Assembly: GCA_051453625.1 (NCBI GenBank)
Contig: JBOZIK010000001.1
Coordinates: forward strand, 23,000,647-23,055,575
Origin: Welwitschia mirabilis
Taxonomy: Eukaryota
DNA: 54,929 nt
Direction: 5' to 3'
The position numbers and the translations under genes are program-made. The notes below the pieces were generated by a model. The model saw nothing but the letters and a program-made list of their open reading frames with translations. It searched no databases and was not told where the DNA came from. Shown piece after piece: positions 26,700 through 39,430 of this stretch. Position 1 is the first letter of the stretch. Every line of letters starts with the position of its first letter.

Positions 26700-28330
26700 C
26701 ATGCATAATTAGAATCATGGTTAACTATAACCTCTGGAATTAATCATATGCTACATGTAACACTCCTATTGCTCTATGTTTTCATTGGATAAACCTTTTG
26801 CTAGTTCTATAATATTGAATTTCACCTTAAAAACTTTGACTTTTTTAAACTCTGTTAACTTAACCCTTTCAGCTTTTGTATCATTTACATGCTCCTTATG
26901 GAAGAACAACATTCTGTTTACTTTTAATATGGTTTACTGTACTATGACTAAATTGATTTTAACAGTGAATCATCTAATCATTTCATTATTAGATTCATTC
27001 CTTACTATCTCATTTATCATTAGCATTTTCATTTCCCTCATTTCCCATTAATTCCATCATGGCTTCCATGACTATGATTAGGGCTTATCTTATCATGAGA
27101 TTCTAAGCCTCTTTTCTTGATTCATAAGTACACAGGAATGATTGTTTTATAAGGTAACTTGCTTACTGCACCTAAGGGCATACTTTGTACCAGGTTACTA
27201 TTTACTAATAGTATTTACATTAACACAGTGTAATCTATAATTGAATCTACTTTTCTTTTCCATCATTGATCCACTTATGATTACTTACATTACAAGACTT
27301 TATTTCGAATATTCCTTTACATATTTTCATTTGAATTTAACTAATTTAGTGTTTTTTTAAGGTTTTACTAGGGTAGATGACTGATGTGTTAGTTTATGTC
27401 ATCTTTTCTACATTTCATTATAAGAGATTCATTCATAAATATTGGTGATATTTCAGTATCGCAAGATTTTTGTGGTTGTATTCACCATAATCAAGATCTA
27501 TAGTAGATAATTTATTGTTTGCTTGTGAAACCCTAGTTACTTAATGATCTATCATTTTAGATTAAGAAAATGATTGTGATTTTCACATTTTCCTTTATTT
27601 ACGCTTGCATGGTTGTTTGTCTTGTAAACAAGCAATTTCCACTACTTAAGAAGACAAGCTGTTATTAATTATGTTCACATTCCTTTCTTAAAATGCATTC
27701 CATTTTTTCTTTTTCTTTGATGAATAATTACAAGCTCTGAAATTCCTTTGTAAGCTTTATGGAAGAACAACAATTAGGATTGCCTATACTACAATTGATA
27801 GCTTTAGTTCTATTTTAAGATTGTCGCCCTATGCTTTAAATACTAAGGCATATTTTTAAGTATTTCTTTTAATATCACAAAACACATGAAGAATAAGAAC
27901 TTTCACTCACTACACTTCTCGTGATTTAGGAGAATAAACCATGATACTCACTTATAACACTTATAGAGTATAGTATCCTTCTCAATCAAAATTTCAATGT
28001 CTTCTAAAGATCCATCCCAACTAGAGATAGTTGCTTCTTTTAATGGACGATAATTTATTCTGCTATTTTTTATATCTTTTATAGTGTCAACATCTTAGAG
28101 GTCTCTTCCTTCCATGATTTCCTTTCATTGTTAAAGCCTTATCTCTTAAAGAATAATCAATGTGATTAAGTAATGGACTTCAATCCTTTGCTAAAACGAT
28201 TTGAATGACCTCATTATACTCAAAATTCATCAAAGTATTATTGCTCAAGAGCATCACTACATTGTTGTATAGTTCTTGTAAAGATTTAAGGCGTGTCATT
28301 ATTGTTCCCTTACAATTCATCTTTACTTCC
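26700..28330 (+). mobile_element. Possible very decayed copia-like remnant
   Basis: Only faint motif traces: SWLTITSGINHM near 26715 (cf. SWxxDSGAxxHM) and an RNaseH-like stretch near 28270-28330. No ORF. Confidence 0.2.
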
Positions 28331-29915
28331 ATATGATCCATTAAAAAAACAATTCAATCATCACAAGTAATTAGATAGGACCAAGGTCTTACTGAGTTGG
28401 TAAAGTGATTCGCCTTTCATTACGGAGAAACCACTCTACTCCTCTTAGGGTCAGCTACCAAGATTTCACATGGCCAACTCACAAATTGAATTAACGATGA
28501 ATCCAAAANNNNNNNNNNNNNNNNNNNNNNNNNNNNNNNNNNNNNNNNNNNNNNNNNNNNNNNNNNNNNNNNNNNNNNNNNNNNNNNNNNNNNNNNNNNN
28601 NNNNNNNNNNNNNNNNNNNNNNNNNNNNNNNNNNNNNNNNNNNNNNNNNNNNNNNNNNNNNNNNNNNNNNNNNNNNNNNNNNNNNNNNNNNNNNNNNNNN
28701 NNNNNNNNNNNNNNNNNNNNNNNNNNNNNNNNNNNNNNNNNNNNNNNNNNNNNNNNNNNNNNNNNNNNNNNNNNNNNNNNNNNNNNNNNNNNNNNNNNNN
28801 NNNNNNNNNNNNNNNNNNNNNNNNNNNNNNNNNNNNNNNNNNNNNNNNNNNNNNNNNNNNNNNNNNNNNNNNNNNNNNNNNNNNNNNNNNNNNNNNNNNN
28901 NNNNNNNNNNNNNNNNNNNNNNNNNNNNNNNNNNNNNNNNNNNNNNNNNNNNNNNNNNNNNNNNNNNNNNNNNNNNNNNNNNNNNNNNNNNNNNNNNNNN
29001 NNNNNNNNNNNNNNNNNNNNNNNNNNNNNNNNNNNNNNNNNNNNNNNNNNNNNNNNNNNNNNNNNNNNNNNNNNNNNNNNNNNNNNNNNNNNNNNNNNNN
29101 NNNNNNNNNNNNNNNNNNNNNNNNNNNNNNNNNNNNNNNNNNNNNNNNNNNNNNNNNNNNNNNNNNNNNNNNNNNNNNNNNNNNNNNNNNNNNNNNNNNN
29201 NNNNNNNNNNNNNNNNNNNNNNNNNNNNNNNNNNNNNNNNNNNNNNNNNNNNNNNNNNNNNNNNNNNNNNNNNNNNNNNNNNNNNNNNNNNNNNNNNNNN
29301 NNNNNNNNNNNNNNNNNNNNNNNNNNNNNNNNNNNNNNCAACTCACAAACTAAATTAACGATGAATCCAAAACTCATATAGTCTTAACTATCTTACTTAA
29401 TCTTTCTGTCGTTTCCCAAAAAAATACATAGAAGTTTCATCCCAACATAAAAGGAAAATGCCTCCAAATAAAAGAATCATGGAATATGGGTGTCTCCCAT
29501 AAAATGGCACCTACGGCCTTAAAAATTCAATAAGCAAACAAGCCACCCGTATTCGCATTCCTTAAAGAAATACGGATCACTTATTAAAATCACAAAAAGC
29601 ACTCCTTTGCTACGTATTCCATCTCATTCTGCTTGAGATTTTGTGCAAGTATTGTTATGTCGACGCGGAGCAGGGCTTGGGAAAACCAAGCGTGCGCGCC
29701 TTTTTGGTGACTGTTAGAGCACGCCTCTGTAAAATCACACTCTACAGTGATTTTGATGATCTTACTAATGTCTTATTCTTTTGTAAGATTCAAAAATCAA
29801 GCGTGAATCGCACCGCTTGGAAACCCTTAGTGCCTTCGTTGCCTTTATTTAAACAGTCCTGTGTTTCAGTCCTTATATGCGACTGGTATGCCTTTCTTGA
29901 ATCATAATTCTCCCC

Positions 29916-30725
29916 ATGGATCCCCAGTCCTTTCCAGTTCGTGCAGCTGAAACACACGAGACTGACGATTGGGGTAAAGTGCATTGTTCTGATATCTGCT
30001 GTTTCTTAGTTTATCTTTCGGTGTATTCTATGGTAAAGCTGTGTTTACAATTTTGTGTTTTTTAAATTTTCGTCAATGTTGTTTCTTGTTTCTAGATGCC
30101 GATGGATTTGAGATTCCATCACTGAAACCCGCGACAAGCGAAAATGCTTTTCTGGTTTCAAAAGAACAGAGGCCTTTTCAGGTAAGATTAATTTCCGGTG
30201 CAGTTTTTTAATTCTCGAACAAGGAGAGATTTCTTCACTAACGATTTTCGTTAACTTACACTCCACTTTTACAAAATTTTATATTTTAAGGTAAAAGGTT
30301 TGCTTCGATTTCCGCTTACAGAAACTTATGCTTGAATGGATAAAACGATTTAGTTATTGAATATGAGACATTGCATCCTTTTCTTTGTTTATGTTCACTA
30401 TTTACGCTTTACGAAATCTTGTTGATGAGCAATATTATTTTAGGAGTTGGAGAAAGAGAAAGAAACGCTTTACTTGGGACCTTATGGTGCTCCTCCTTCT
30501 AAAGTGAAGCAAGAACTAAATTGTGCTGCGGGAAGGAAACAGAAGTTTAAGCAAAAGCTTAAAGAAGCAGAGAAAAAGAGGTCCTCTTCAGGGTACGAAA
30601 ACAAGGTAGAGAATTTGAGGGACTTAATGGGTGGTAAGATGAATCCTAAGACCATTGCAGCCCCCTCCAATGAATGGCTTGATCCTTTTTGCCATGAATC
30701 CCAGTTTGAGAGGAAGTCCATCTAG
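29916..30725 (+). CDS. Small conserved plant protein of unknown function, 141 aa; join(29916..29973,30096..30181,30444..30725)
   Basis: Exon 1 MDPQSFPVRAAETHETDDW(G|gtaaag); intron ends ttctag (30095). Exon 2 (D)ADGFEIPSLKPATSENAFLVSKEQRPFQ|gtaag; intron ends tttag (30443). Exon 3 ELEKEKETLYLGPYGAPPSKVKQELN...RKQKFKQKLKEA...ENKVENLRDLMGG...EWLDPFCHESQFERKSI*. Phases join in frame, introns are GT-AG, and the 5' end is CpG-rich in an otherwise CpG-depleted window. Motifs WDxDGFxIPSL, YLGPxGAPPS and WLDPxCHESQFE are recalled from an uncharacterised plant family. Confidence 0.9.
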
Positions 30726-32061
30726 GCATATTCTTATTTAGAATCACCTCTGGACCGCTATATATCTGGTTAGTTTTAGCTCCTCATATCCATATATATG
30801 TCTTTTCGTGTGACAATCTAAAGGAGTGAAATCCTTCTTGTTTTCTGCAACTCTGTAACCGTCTACTATAATAATGAAGAATTTTTTATATGTTATTTTT
30901 CAGCTGCTCCTAAGCAGTATATTTGAGCTGTTGATAAGCTCGTTTGTTGTGCTGGCGTTTGCTTATACTTGTGCTAATGAAGACCATTAAGTTGTTTTCT
31001 TGGTGGGGTTTGAACTTACCGTTTTGAGCTTTTGTTATAGTATAGCTACTTGAAATCATGGTGAATTTGTTTAGTTAGCTAAGTACATTGCATATATTTG
31101 CCCCTTCCATGGTATCCAGTTTTGCCCCTTCTAGGGTATAGAGTTTAAAATTTGAGTTCATTGGCGTTAACTTTATTTTTGTTTGTATCTCATGTTTGTA
31201 TTATAGCTGTTCTAGATTGTCGCACTAGCAATAACCTTTTTTGAGGTAAATTAACACCTAACGTTGTCTTGATCCACAGCTGATTTCAGGAAGAACTTGG
31301 TTATTCCCTCTTGCTGATGTACAGCATAGAGCGTTGTGCTACATTTCCAAGACCACAAAATGATTACTTCAAATATCTATACTTTCCATACAAGACTTCT
31401 GGCTGTTGAAACCTTCACATTTTGTACATGCAATGGTTAGCTATTTCATTGCTTGATTGAAAAGAAGACCAAAAAAGGTTCAAAAGAAAAAAGTATTTTC
31501 ATGGTTCAAAGTGGATGTTTGTACTTGAGACCATGATAGAAGTACAATCACATTGGGCTGAAATTATGTCCATGTCAGTTTGTGGTGATGGCAGAATACA
31601 AACCATTGCTAAACATTGCCAAAATTGACATATTGTTGACATATGAAATGTTAACACCATGTGAAATATCTTGCCACATTCATGTCATAGGCACAACCCT
31701 AAACTAATGTACTAAACAACAGCTACAAATTAATGAGATGGAATTCTGAATGATAAAAATCCTTCTTTCTTGCATAGGTTCAACCTTTGAGCAATGAGAA
31801 ATGAAAAGGTTATTTTATTTTTTTTTAATCTTGAACTAAATAAGCCTAGTTTTCTGGGAATTATACCAAAAAAAGTCAACAAATGGATGGGAAGATTGAC
31901 TTTTTTAGAAATCAGGAGGCCACTGGCAGAGAGTTCCTGATAGGAAATGGAATGAGAAACCTGACAACAAATACAACTTAACCGCTTGAACCGTATGCTT
32001 CCTATGTAAACATTGTGCGTCATAACTGCATTAGCTTATGGTAAATAGAGAAATCTTACAA

Positions 32062-32139
32062 CACAAAACAAACATCAATTAAAATGAGTTCAGAAGCTTA
32101 CACAAAACAAAGATCAATTAAAATGAGCTCAGAGGCTGA
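32062..32139. repeat. 39-bp tandem duplication
   Basis: CACAAAACAAA(C/G)ATCAATTAAAATGAG(T/C)TCAGA(A/G)GCT(T/G)A occurs twice. Confidence 0.85.
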
Positions 32140-32989
32140 GACCAGTTAAGGGCCAGTTCGTTAAATTCCTGTTGCCCGTCTGACATAATAGCTAATAGGT
32201 GTTCAATAGTAATAGGACTCTGCAGGGATTTAGAAAACAAATACTTTCAATGTGTCATATTTCTCTCTCTGTCTAGAAGGGTATACAATTATGCTTTCCA
32301 TCAGCTTGCCTTTCTTGTGGGTCTCTTCTTCTTATGGTGATGAATTGATTTTTGTCCTGAACTACTTTATAGAGCTTATGTGTTCATTACTTTTGTTCTC
32401 TATTTAATATTGGAGGAGTAGTTTTCAATAGTATTTTTTTCTTTCCCCTTTATGTATTGCTTTCTTCCATCTGTTTCACTAGTAGAGCTGGCTTCGCTGC
32501 TTCCTGTAGTAAGCAGTTCATCTAGCAAGTTTATCTATTAAGCGTATATACTACATGACTTTGACACTATTATAGGAATCTCACGTGGATTACATCTACT
32601 AATAGGGAATTGTAGTTACACTGCTCACCTATTATTTGGTGACTGCCTAGGGCATTCAGTGTAGTACCCTTCAATAAATAAAAACAATTAAGATCTAGTA
32701 TAAACTGCTTAGACATACAATCTCTGTTTGATTCAATGGAAAACTGAAGTACACAAGTACAGTTTGTCAGAAGTAGCTTGAAAAAGGCATGATTTTTCTT
32801 TAGAAAAAAACTTTTCTGTCAATTGTACTACAAGTATGAATCACGGAGTTGAGCATTGATTCGATAGTGAAAGATGAGCTTTAATATATCACCAGGTGCT
32901 TGAATGCTGGCTTCAAGATCTTTGAAATGGATGTCATCAAAACATTTTACGATGACATTGAAGCTGCCTTAAGTGTTCCATGTTATAGG

Positions 32990-34525
32990 TGTAAATGATG
33001 GAGCTAGTTGGGCAAAGGGTGAATATGAAATAATCATTTTGCAGTATGTGGCCTTTTGTGGGTGATGAAGACAAAGCTACTTCTGTTGTCGCTTTCAGTG
33101 ATATTACTATTGAAAGCCTAGCCATAGAGAGAGATATTTGTAGTAAGAAGTCATTTACTAATGGATTGCTCCCTTATATTCACATCTGTGCAATATGTTG
33201 TTTGTAGGTGCATGAATTAATTTTGTCGGTCTAAATTTCAATTTCATTCCGAATTGCTTCCTAGTTCATTTGAATTTTCAATTTTCTTTTAAAAATAAAC
33301 CATACTTTCAGATTAGCTCAGGTTCAATTATATAGTTTCAATGTGATGACTGAAGATGATTCATTATTTTTCCTTTCCACACAAACCTAGAGGAGAAATT
33401 TCTTTCTACCCAGTATTCTTGTTTATAAAAGGAACAGGTGATGATTCTATGCTACTAGTTATACACCTTTGTTTGAGTTGGAGTAATGTTGCATTTGAGT
33501 GGCAAGCTAGTAGTGCCACTTGTACTTGAGAGGTCGGCGAGATGCAGGCACTCACCATTTTGAACCATTACTGTGTATCTTGCCCCTCTAATCTAAGAAT
33601 AGGAGGTTGCATATGTATTCTTGTTAAACACAACACAAAAAAGTGATTCTTTTTACTATCAAACAATGCATTTTGTGGGTTCTAGAGGTTTTTCCATGAT
33701 TTTTTAATTTATTTTCTTGTGGAAGTAGAGGTAGAGATATTCACTCTTCAATATCTTCTCAATTATTGTACTTTTGTTGCATTTTGAGAAGTTTGGTTTG
33801 TAGGATTTCATGGTCGGCCATGACATTTTTCATTGCTTTCATGGTCGGCCATGACATTTTTCATTGCCTTCCCAAATGGACTGCCTATGATAACCAATGG
33901 ACACTAGAGTAGATCTAAAATGAAGCCTTATATTGAAAGTTTTCCTCCCACAGCATTTTTTTAGCATTTAACCTTCATTAGCATTATCCTTTTTCTCTGC
34001 AAATTAGAGAAACTTATACCATTAATGAACAATGTCTTTTCTTTTGTTAAATATGTTTGCATATGTGCTCACAGAGAACAAAATAATGCTCTTCCTTTTT
34101 GTCATGTATTCATATATATTTGCATATGCACTGGCAAAGGGCATTGTATTTTGGAATGATGCTCGCATTTACATTACTCTACAGAGTAATTTTACCCATA
34201 ATGCTGGTGGCCAATAATAAAAGGTGATGTCGTGTTGTTGATTCTTGGTATAAACTTTTGAAGTTTCCCTGTAAAAGATGAGATAATCATGAAGTTAGTG
34301 GTCTTAGATGGATCTGAAGAATATATTATCAAGAATTCAGAAGTTTATTGATATCTATACCAATGTAAGGAAATGAAGAATTCAAGTACAAATCTGAAAA
34401 TTGACGATAAAAAATGTTTTACATATTTGCATGTCTTTATTTTATTGAACTTGAATGTGTCATGCCTATTTAAAAAATTGGTATAACCAAGTGTAATCTC
34501 ATGGCTTATAAATATTAAGGATTTA
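32990..34525 (+). repeat. Left arm of a long diverged inverted duplication
   Basis: Collinear reverse-complement anchors: 32997-33017 with 38073-38093 (21 nt exact), 33665-33677 with 36129-36141, 33789-33801 with 36010-36022, 34032-34045 with 35807-35820, and 34462-34473 with 35466-35477. Confidence 0.85.
33806..33867. repeat. 31-bp perfect tandem duplication with internal palindrome
   Basis: TTTCATGGTCGGCCATGACATTTTTCATTGC occurs twice; each copy has a TCATGG-TCGG-CCATGA stem-loop. Confidence 0.9.
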
Positions 34526-35414
34526 GAACCCTGTTCTTGGAGCGTTGTGATGAATCAAATGTGCTCTAGCATGATAGGTTAGTATTTCACTGTGTATTTG
34601 TGGTATAGGTGCTTATTATGGTGTCAATTGTTTATACTTGCCCGATATCAAGTGGCTTATCTCCCTGATTTAGGCTTGGATACTTACTATGGCTTAAATT
34701 GTTCACATTTACTTATTTAATATCAAGTGGCTCATCTTCTCATTTAGGCTTTTAGAAATCATGTCCCACTCTTGTCTTGTCATGCATGTTTATGATGAGA
34801 TGAATACCAATACTGTGAGGCAATCTACTATTTAGCATAGCCTAGGTTTAATGGATATGACTATGATACCATAGGTTCCCTTAATGATTCGTTTGTGTTT
34901 TTGTTTCTTTGAGAATTTGTATAAGAGTGTATAATGCAATCAAACGCTTCTGAAGAGGCTTCAGTTTGGCTTTCTTCCTAACAACTTTTGTAGTGTATCC
35001 ATTGACAAGGTCTTTTCAAATTGTATTTTTTTAATTTGTTTTCAAAGAGGCTTTAGTTTAGCTTTCTTCCTAACAAATTTTTAAATTTTATTTTTATTTT
35101 TAATTTTTTTGGGGCGAAATGTGTTATATTCTGAGCCATGATTTTTTATTCTCCGCTATCAAAGTCATTAAAGACAAGCAAAGCTATAGAGGACAAAAGA
35201 TATTTAATTATCAATTAGAAATAATGTGTAATTAGCTAGAGTGACAACAATTTGGGTAATCTACCTACCTGTGTTGAAATTCTAAATCTATATATAATGT
35301 TTTTTTCTTGTGCCATAATTAACACTTCTCTTCCTTTACATATCAAATTCAAAAGATGCCAGAGCATTAGTTCACTGAAATGTGCAAAGATGGAGTTTTC
35401 AAATAAGCCTTATT

Positions 35415-38400
35415 TTATTAGTCCTCAATCTCTATAAGTCGATTGCACAAAATTGTACTAGTTTGTTAAATAGGCATAACACTTTCAACTTAAATAAAAG
35501 TAAAGCCTAAGGTAGACACCAAAGTAAAATTGACTTTACGAGTCAAGTTCTACCTAAGAGTGATAACTTCATCATCCTCTTGAAGCATGGCAACTTGGAA
35601 AGTCTTAAGTGAATTAGCCCATGACATTTTACTATTCATCTTGAGCATGCTTATCTGTAGAACATCCTAAAGTAGAACTCCTCTCTTTTTAAAATGATAA
35701 TAAGCTTTTAAAAAAATGCCACAAACAATGGAGTATGTTAAAGAAATTAGTCTATTACCAAATAAAAAGGAAAAATAGGGGTATGCACACGCAAACTTAT
35801 TTAACAAAAAGAAAAGACATCCCTCCTTAATGACTCAAGCATCTCCAATTTGTAGTGAAAAAGAATAATGCTAATGTGCATTAAATGCTCAGAATATGCT
35901 ATGGAAGGAAATGTTCAAACATAGTGCTAGACTTTTGTTGTGATCTAATGCCATTTTGTTACAAGGCAACACGTTTCAGAAGGAAAAGGAATATCTCATA
36001 CATGAACCCACAAACCAAACTTTTCAAAATATTACAAAGTATAGTAAATGCAAAATAATTTAAGAGTAAATATTGAGCTCTACATCCAAAAAAAATGAAT
36101 TAAAGGTTCATAAAGATGCCTTAAAACTCACAAAATGCATTATTAGCAATTAAAAAAATAGTTTCTTGTGTTGTATTACACACTTAAGAGTGCACGGATG
36201 AGCTTGTCTTGTGAGATGATAGGGGTAGAATATGCAATCAAGAGTGCATGGATGCCCTTGGCTTGTTCCACACCAACCTCTTCATTACAAGTCACACTTC
36301 TTAGCTTCAAATGTCACTTTACTTTAACAGGGATCAAGGTTTGTAGCTGGTAGAGGTGAATCACAATCTATTCCTTTCAGAATAAGAATAGTGGTACAAA
36401 GAAATTTAGTGTCTAGGTCTGTTGGAAGGAAAAGTAGTGAATCCCCTTCAGTTATTACATTGAAACTATGTGGTTGAGGATGCAATAATTAAAAAGTGAA
36501 GATTGTAGCCTAGTGGGGGAAGGCTAGGGAAAAGGAAGAGGGAGCTTAGAAATTCTAACTATTAAGTACAAGATTTGACATGAAATTCAAATTTAGAATA
36601 ATAGAGTAATTTATGTATCTAGCAAACCATTAGCAAATGACAGTTACAAAAAATATCCCTCTCTTAAACTCTATGTCTAGACTTTTTACAGTAATGTCAT
36701 CACCAAAGGTAGTAATAATATCAACTATATTTTTGTCAAATCTCTGGAGGACCATTTTTAGTATATCGCAAAGTGGCTATATCACATCCATTTTGTGAGT
36801 TACCACTCACAAACATTCTTTGCCCGATGAGCTCCATCACCTACTAAAATGCATCTCTACTTGTATGTCAAGTCTGCAACCATAAATTCTAAAGAAATAA
36901 ATAAAAGAGAGCAAACCATTAGCAAATGAATTGTTATGAAAAATCTTTCTTTCTTGTAACTTTATGTCTAAAGTTTCAATAGCAATGTCGTCGTCGAAGG
37001 GAGTAGTATTGCCAACTCTATTTTCCTCAATGCTTTGAAGGATCGTCTTTGGCATGTTGCAAAGTGACCATATCATATCCATCTTGCGGGTTGACACTCA
37101 CAAACATACTTTGCTGAAGTAGCTTCATTGCCTACTGAAGTGCATCACTCCTTGTATGTCAAAGTCTACAAACACAAACAAATTAGATTACATAATTAGA
37201 AAAAGTTAACTTATAAATTGTTTGTCAACCATTTTTATGTAATTCATGTATACTTGCATTTGTAGTTCTCACTAGCCTCAAGATTAAGAATGTATCATTG
37301 TGTCAACAAAACATTGGCACTAAGCACGAGTTCATAGCAGGCTCTCTCTTAATGAAATGACAACATTCAATAATGCAAGAGAAGTGTAAGTGATCATTAG
37401 ACTTAGGTAAACCCTAGACATTCACATTTTGCAATACTCTTATAGTCTTATTGCCTATTACATTTCATGCTCTTATTAGTTACTTTGTTGTTATTATTTT
37501 TTTCAATGTCTAGAAATTGTAACTATTCATGAAAAGATTTGCAGGAAATTCAAATTTAGAATGGTAGACTAATTCATGTTTTTGTAGGCAACATATTCTA
37601 GAGAAATGAATAAAACCTAGAAATTCTATTCAAAAAAGGATTTGACATGAAATTAAAATTTAGAATGATAGACTAATTCATACATTTGCTACAACATATT
37701 GTAGAGAAATGAATACAAGAGGTTGGGGTTGAGGGAAGAGAGAACTTAGAAATTCTTACTGGGGAAGAGAAAACTTAGAAATTCTTACTATTTAGAAAAA
37801 GGTCTGACATGAAGTTTAAATTTAGATTAATAGATTAATTAATGCATCTGTAGACAACATATTATAGAGAAATGAATAGACCGTTCATAAATGGCTTCTT
37901 ATGATAAGTATCTCTTTCTTGAACTCTGTGCCTAGACTTTCAATAGTAACATCATAACCAAAAGCAATAGCATGATCAATAGTATTTTCTACAACACTCC
38001 AAGGGGTCAACATTGGTATATTGTAAAGTGATTATATCATATTCACCCTACAAGTTGTCACTCACAGATATACTTTGCCCAACTAGCTCCATCGTCTATT
38101 AAAGTGGATCTCTTCTTGTATATCAAGTCTGCAAGTACAAATAAATTAGATTAGACAACAAGAAGAAGTTAACTTCCCTATCAATAATTNNNNNNNNNNN
38201 NNNNNNNNNNNNNNNNNNNNNNNNNNNNNNNNNNNNNNNNNNNNNNNNNNNNNNNNNNNNNNNNNNNNNNNNNNNNNNNNNNNNNNNNNNNNNNNNNNNN
38301 NNNNNNNNNNNNNNNNNNNNNNNNNNNNNNNNNNNNNNNNNNNNNNNNNNNNNNNNNNNNNNNNNNNNNNNNNNNNNNNNNNNNNNNNNNNNNNNNNNNN

Positions 38401-39430
38401 NNNNNNNNNNNNNNNNNNNNNNNNNNNNNNNNNNNNNNNNNNNNNNNNNNNNNNNNNNNNNNNNNNNNNNNNNNNNNNNNNNNNNNNNNNNNNNNNNNNN
38501 NNNNNNNNNNNNNNNNNNNNNNNNNNNNNNNNNNNNNNNNNNNNNNNNNNNNNNNNNNNNNNNNNNNNNNNNNNNNNNNNNNNNNNNNNNNNNNNNNNNN
38601 NNNNNNNNNNNNNNNNNNNNNNNNNNNNNNNNNNNNNNNNNNNNNNNNNNNNNNNNNNNNNNNNNNNNNNNNNNNNNNNNNNNNNNNNNNNNNNNNNNNN
38701 NNNNNNNNNNNNNNNNNNNNNNNNNNNNNNNNNNNNNNNNNNNNNNNNNNNNNNNNNNNNNNNNNNNNNNNNNNNNNNNNNNNNNNNNNNNNNNNNNNNN
38801 NNNNNNNNNNNNNNNNNNNNNNNNNNNNNNNNNNNNNNNNNNNNNNNNNNNNNNNNNNNNNNNNNNNNNNNNNNNNNNNNNNNNNNNNNNNNNNNNNNNN
38901 NNNNNNNNNNNNNNNNNNNNNNNNNNNNNNNNNNNNNNNNNNNNNNNNNNNNNNNNNNNNNNNNNNNNNNNNNNNNNNNNNNNNNNNNNNNNNNNNNNNN
39001 NNNNNNNNNNNNNNNNNNNNNNNNNNNNNNNNNNNNNNNNNNNNNNNNNNNNNNNNNNNNNNNNNNNNNNNNNNNNNNNNNNNNNNNNNNNNNNNNNNNN
39101 NNNNNNNNNNNNNNNNNNNNNNNNNNNNNNNNNNNNNNNNNNNNNNNNNNNNNNNNNAATAATTACATCTCTAAATTTTCTATTAACACTTTTTTTATAA
39201 TTCAAGTAGTTCTCACTAGTCTAAAGATTAAGAATGTATCAGTGTATTAACAAACATTTGCATTGTGCACAAAATGATAGCAAGTTCTCTCTCAACAAAA
39301 TGATAGCATTCAAAATGCTACAAATAGTATAGAGTGTTAGTGAACATCAAATTTAGGCAAACCCTAGACATTCACATTTTGAAATGCTCTTAGTCTTATG
39401 GACTATCACATTTCATTCTTTTGTTGATCA
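35415..39430 (-). repeat. Right arm of the inverted duplication, with internal tandem expansions
   Basis: Reverse-complement homology to 32990-34525 (anchors reach 38093). A ~290-bp module occurs at ~36621, ~36910 and ~37880. A ~120-bp module (AGAAATTC...TGACATGAAATTCAAATTTAGAAT) occurs at ~36550, ~37510, ~37617 and ~37775. 37255-37470 is repeated at ~39200-39420. Confidence 0.8.

Noticed and set aside
28475-29372. 34-bp near-identical sequence on both sides of the 28509-29338 gap
   Set aside because: Most likely an unresolved contig overlap or collapsed repeat at a gap; it cannot be interpreted without reads.
29641-30721. ORFs 29641-29907, 29790-29984, 30045-30266 and 30482-30721
   Set aside because: They overlap the 5' region, introns or antisense strand of the 3-exon gene and carry no recognisable motifs.
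32510-32711. Possible MITE bounded by TAAGCAGTT...AACTGCTTA
   Set aside because: The inverted match is short and imperfect, with no second copy in the window; it could be chance.
31280-33130. Exon-like segments downstream of the gene (31291-31434, 32897-32988)
   Set aside because: Splice-like signals are present, but there is no consistent reading frame or recognisable protein. They could be non-coding 3' exons, which cannot be supported without transcripts.
35600-36350. Mutator transposase motifs on the minus strand (HCLWH-like at ~35730, SWIM-like at ~36260)
   Set aside because: The matches are short, need frameshifts, are in the wrong relative order, and are not conserved in the left arm of the inversion.
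4983-39205. Long ORFs consisting mostly of X residues (e.g. 4983-5918, 12720-13682, 28420-29381, 38123-39205)
   Set aside because: They are read-throughs of N gaps and are not evidence of coding sequence.
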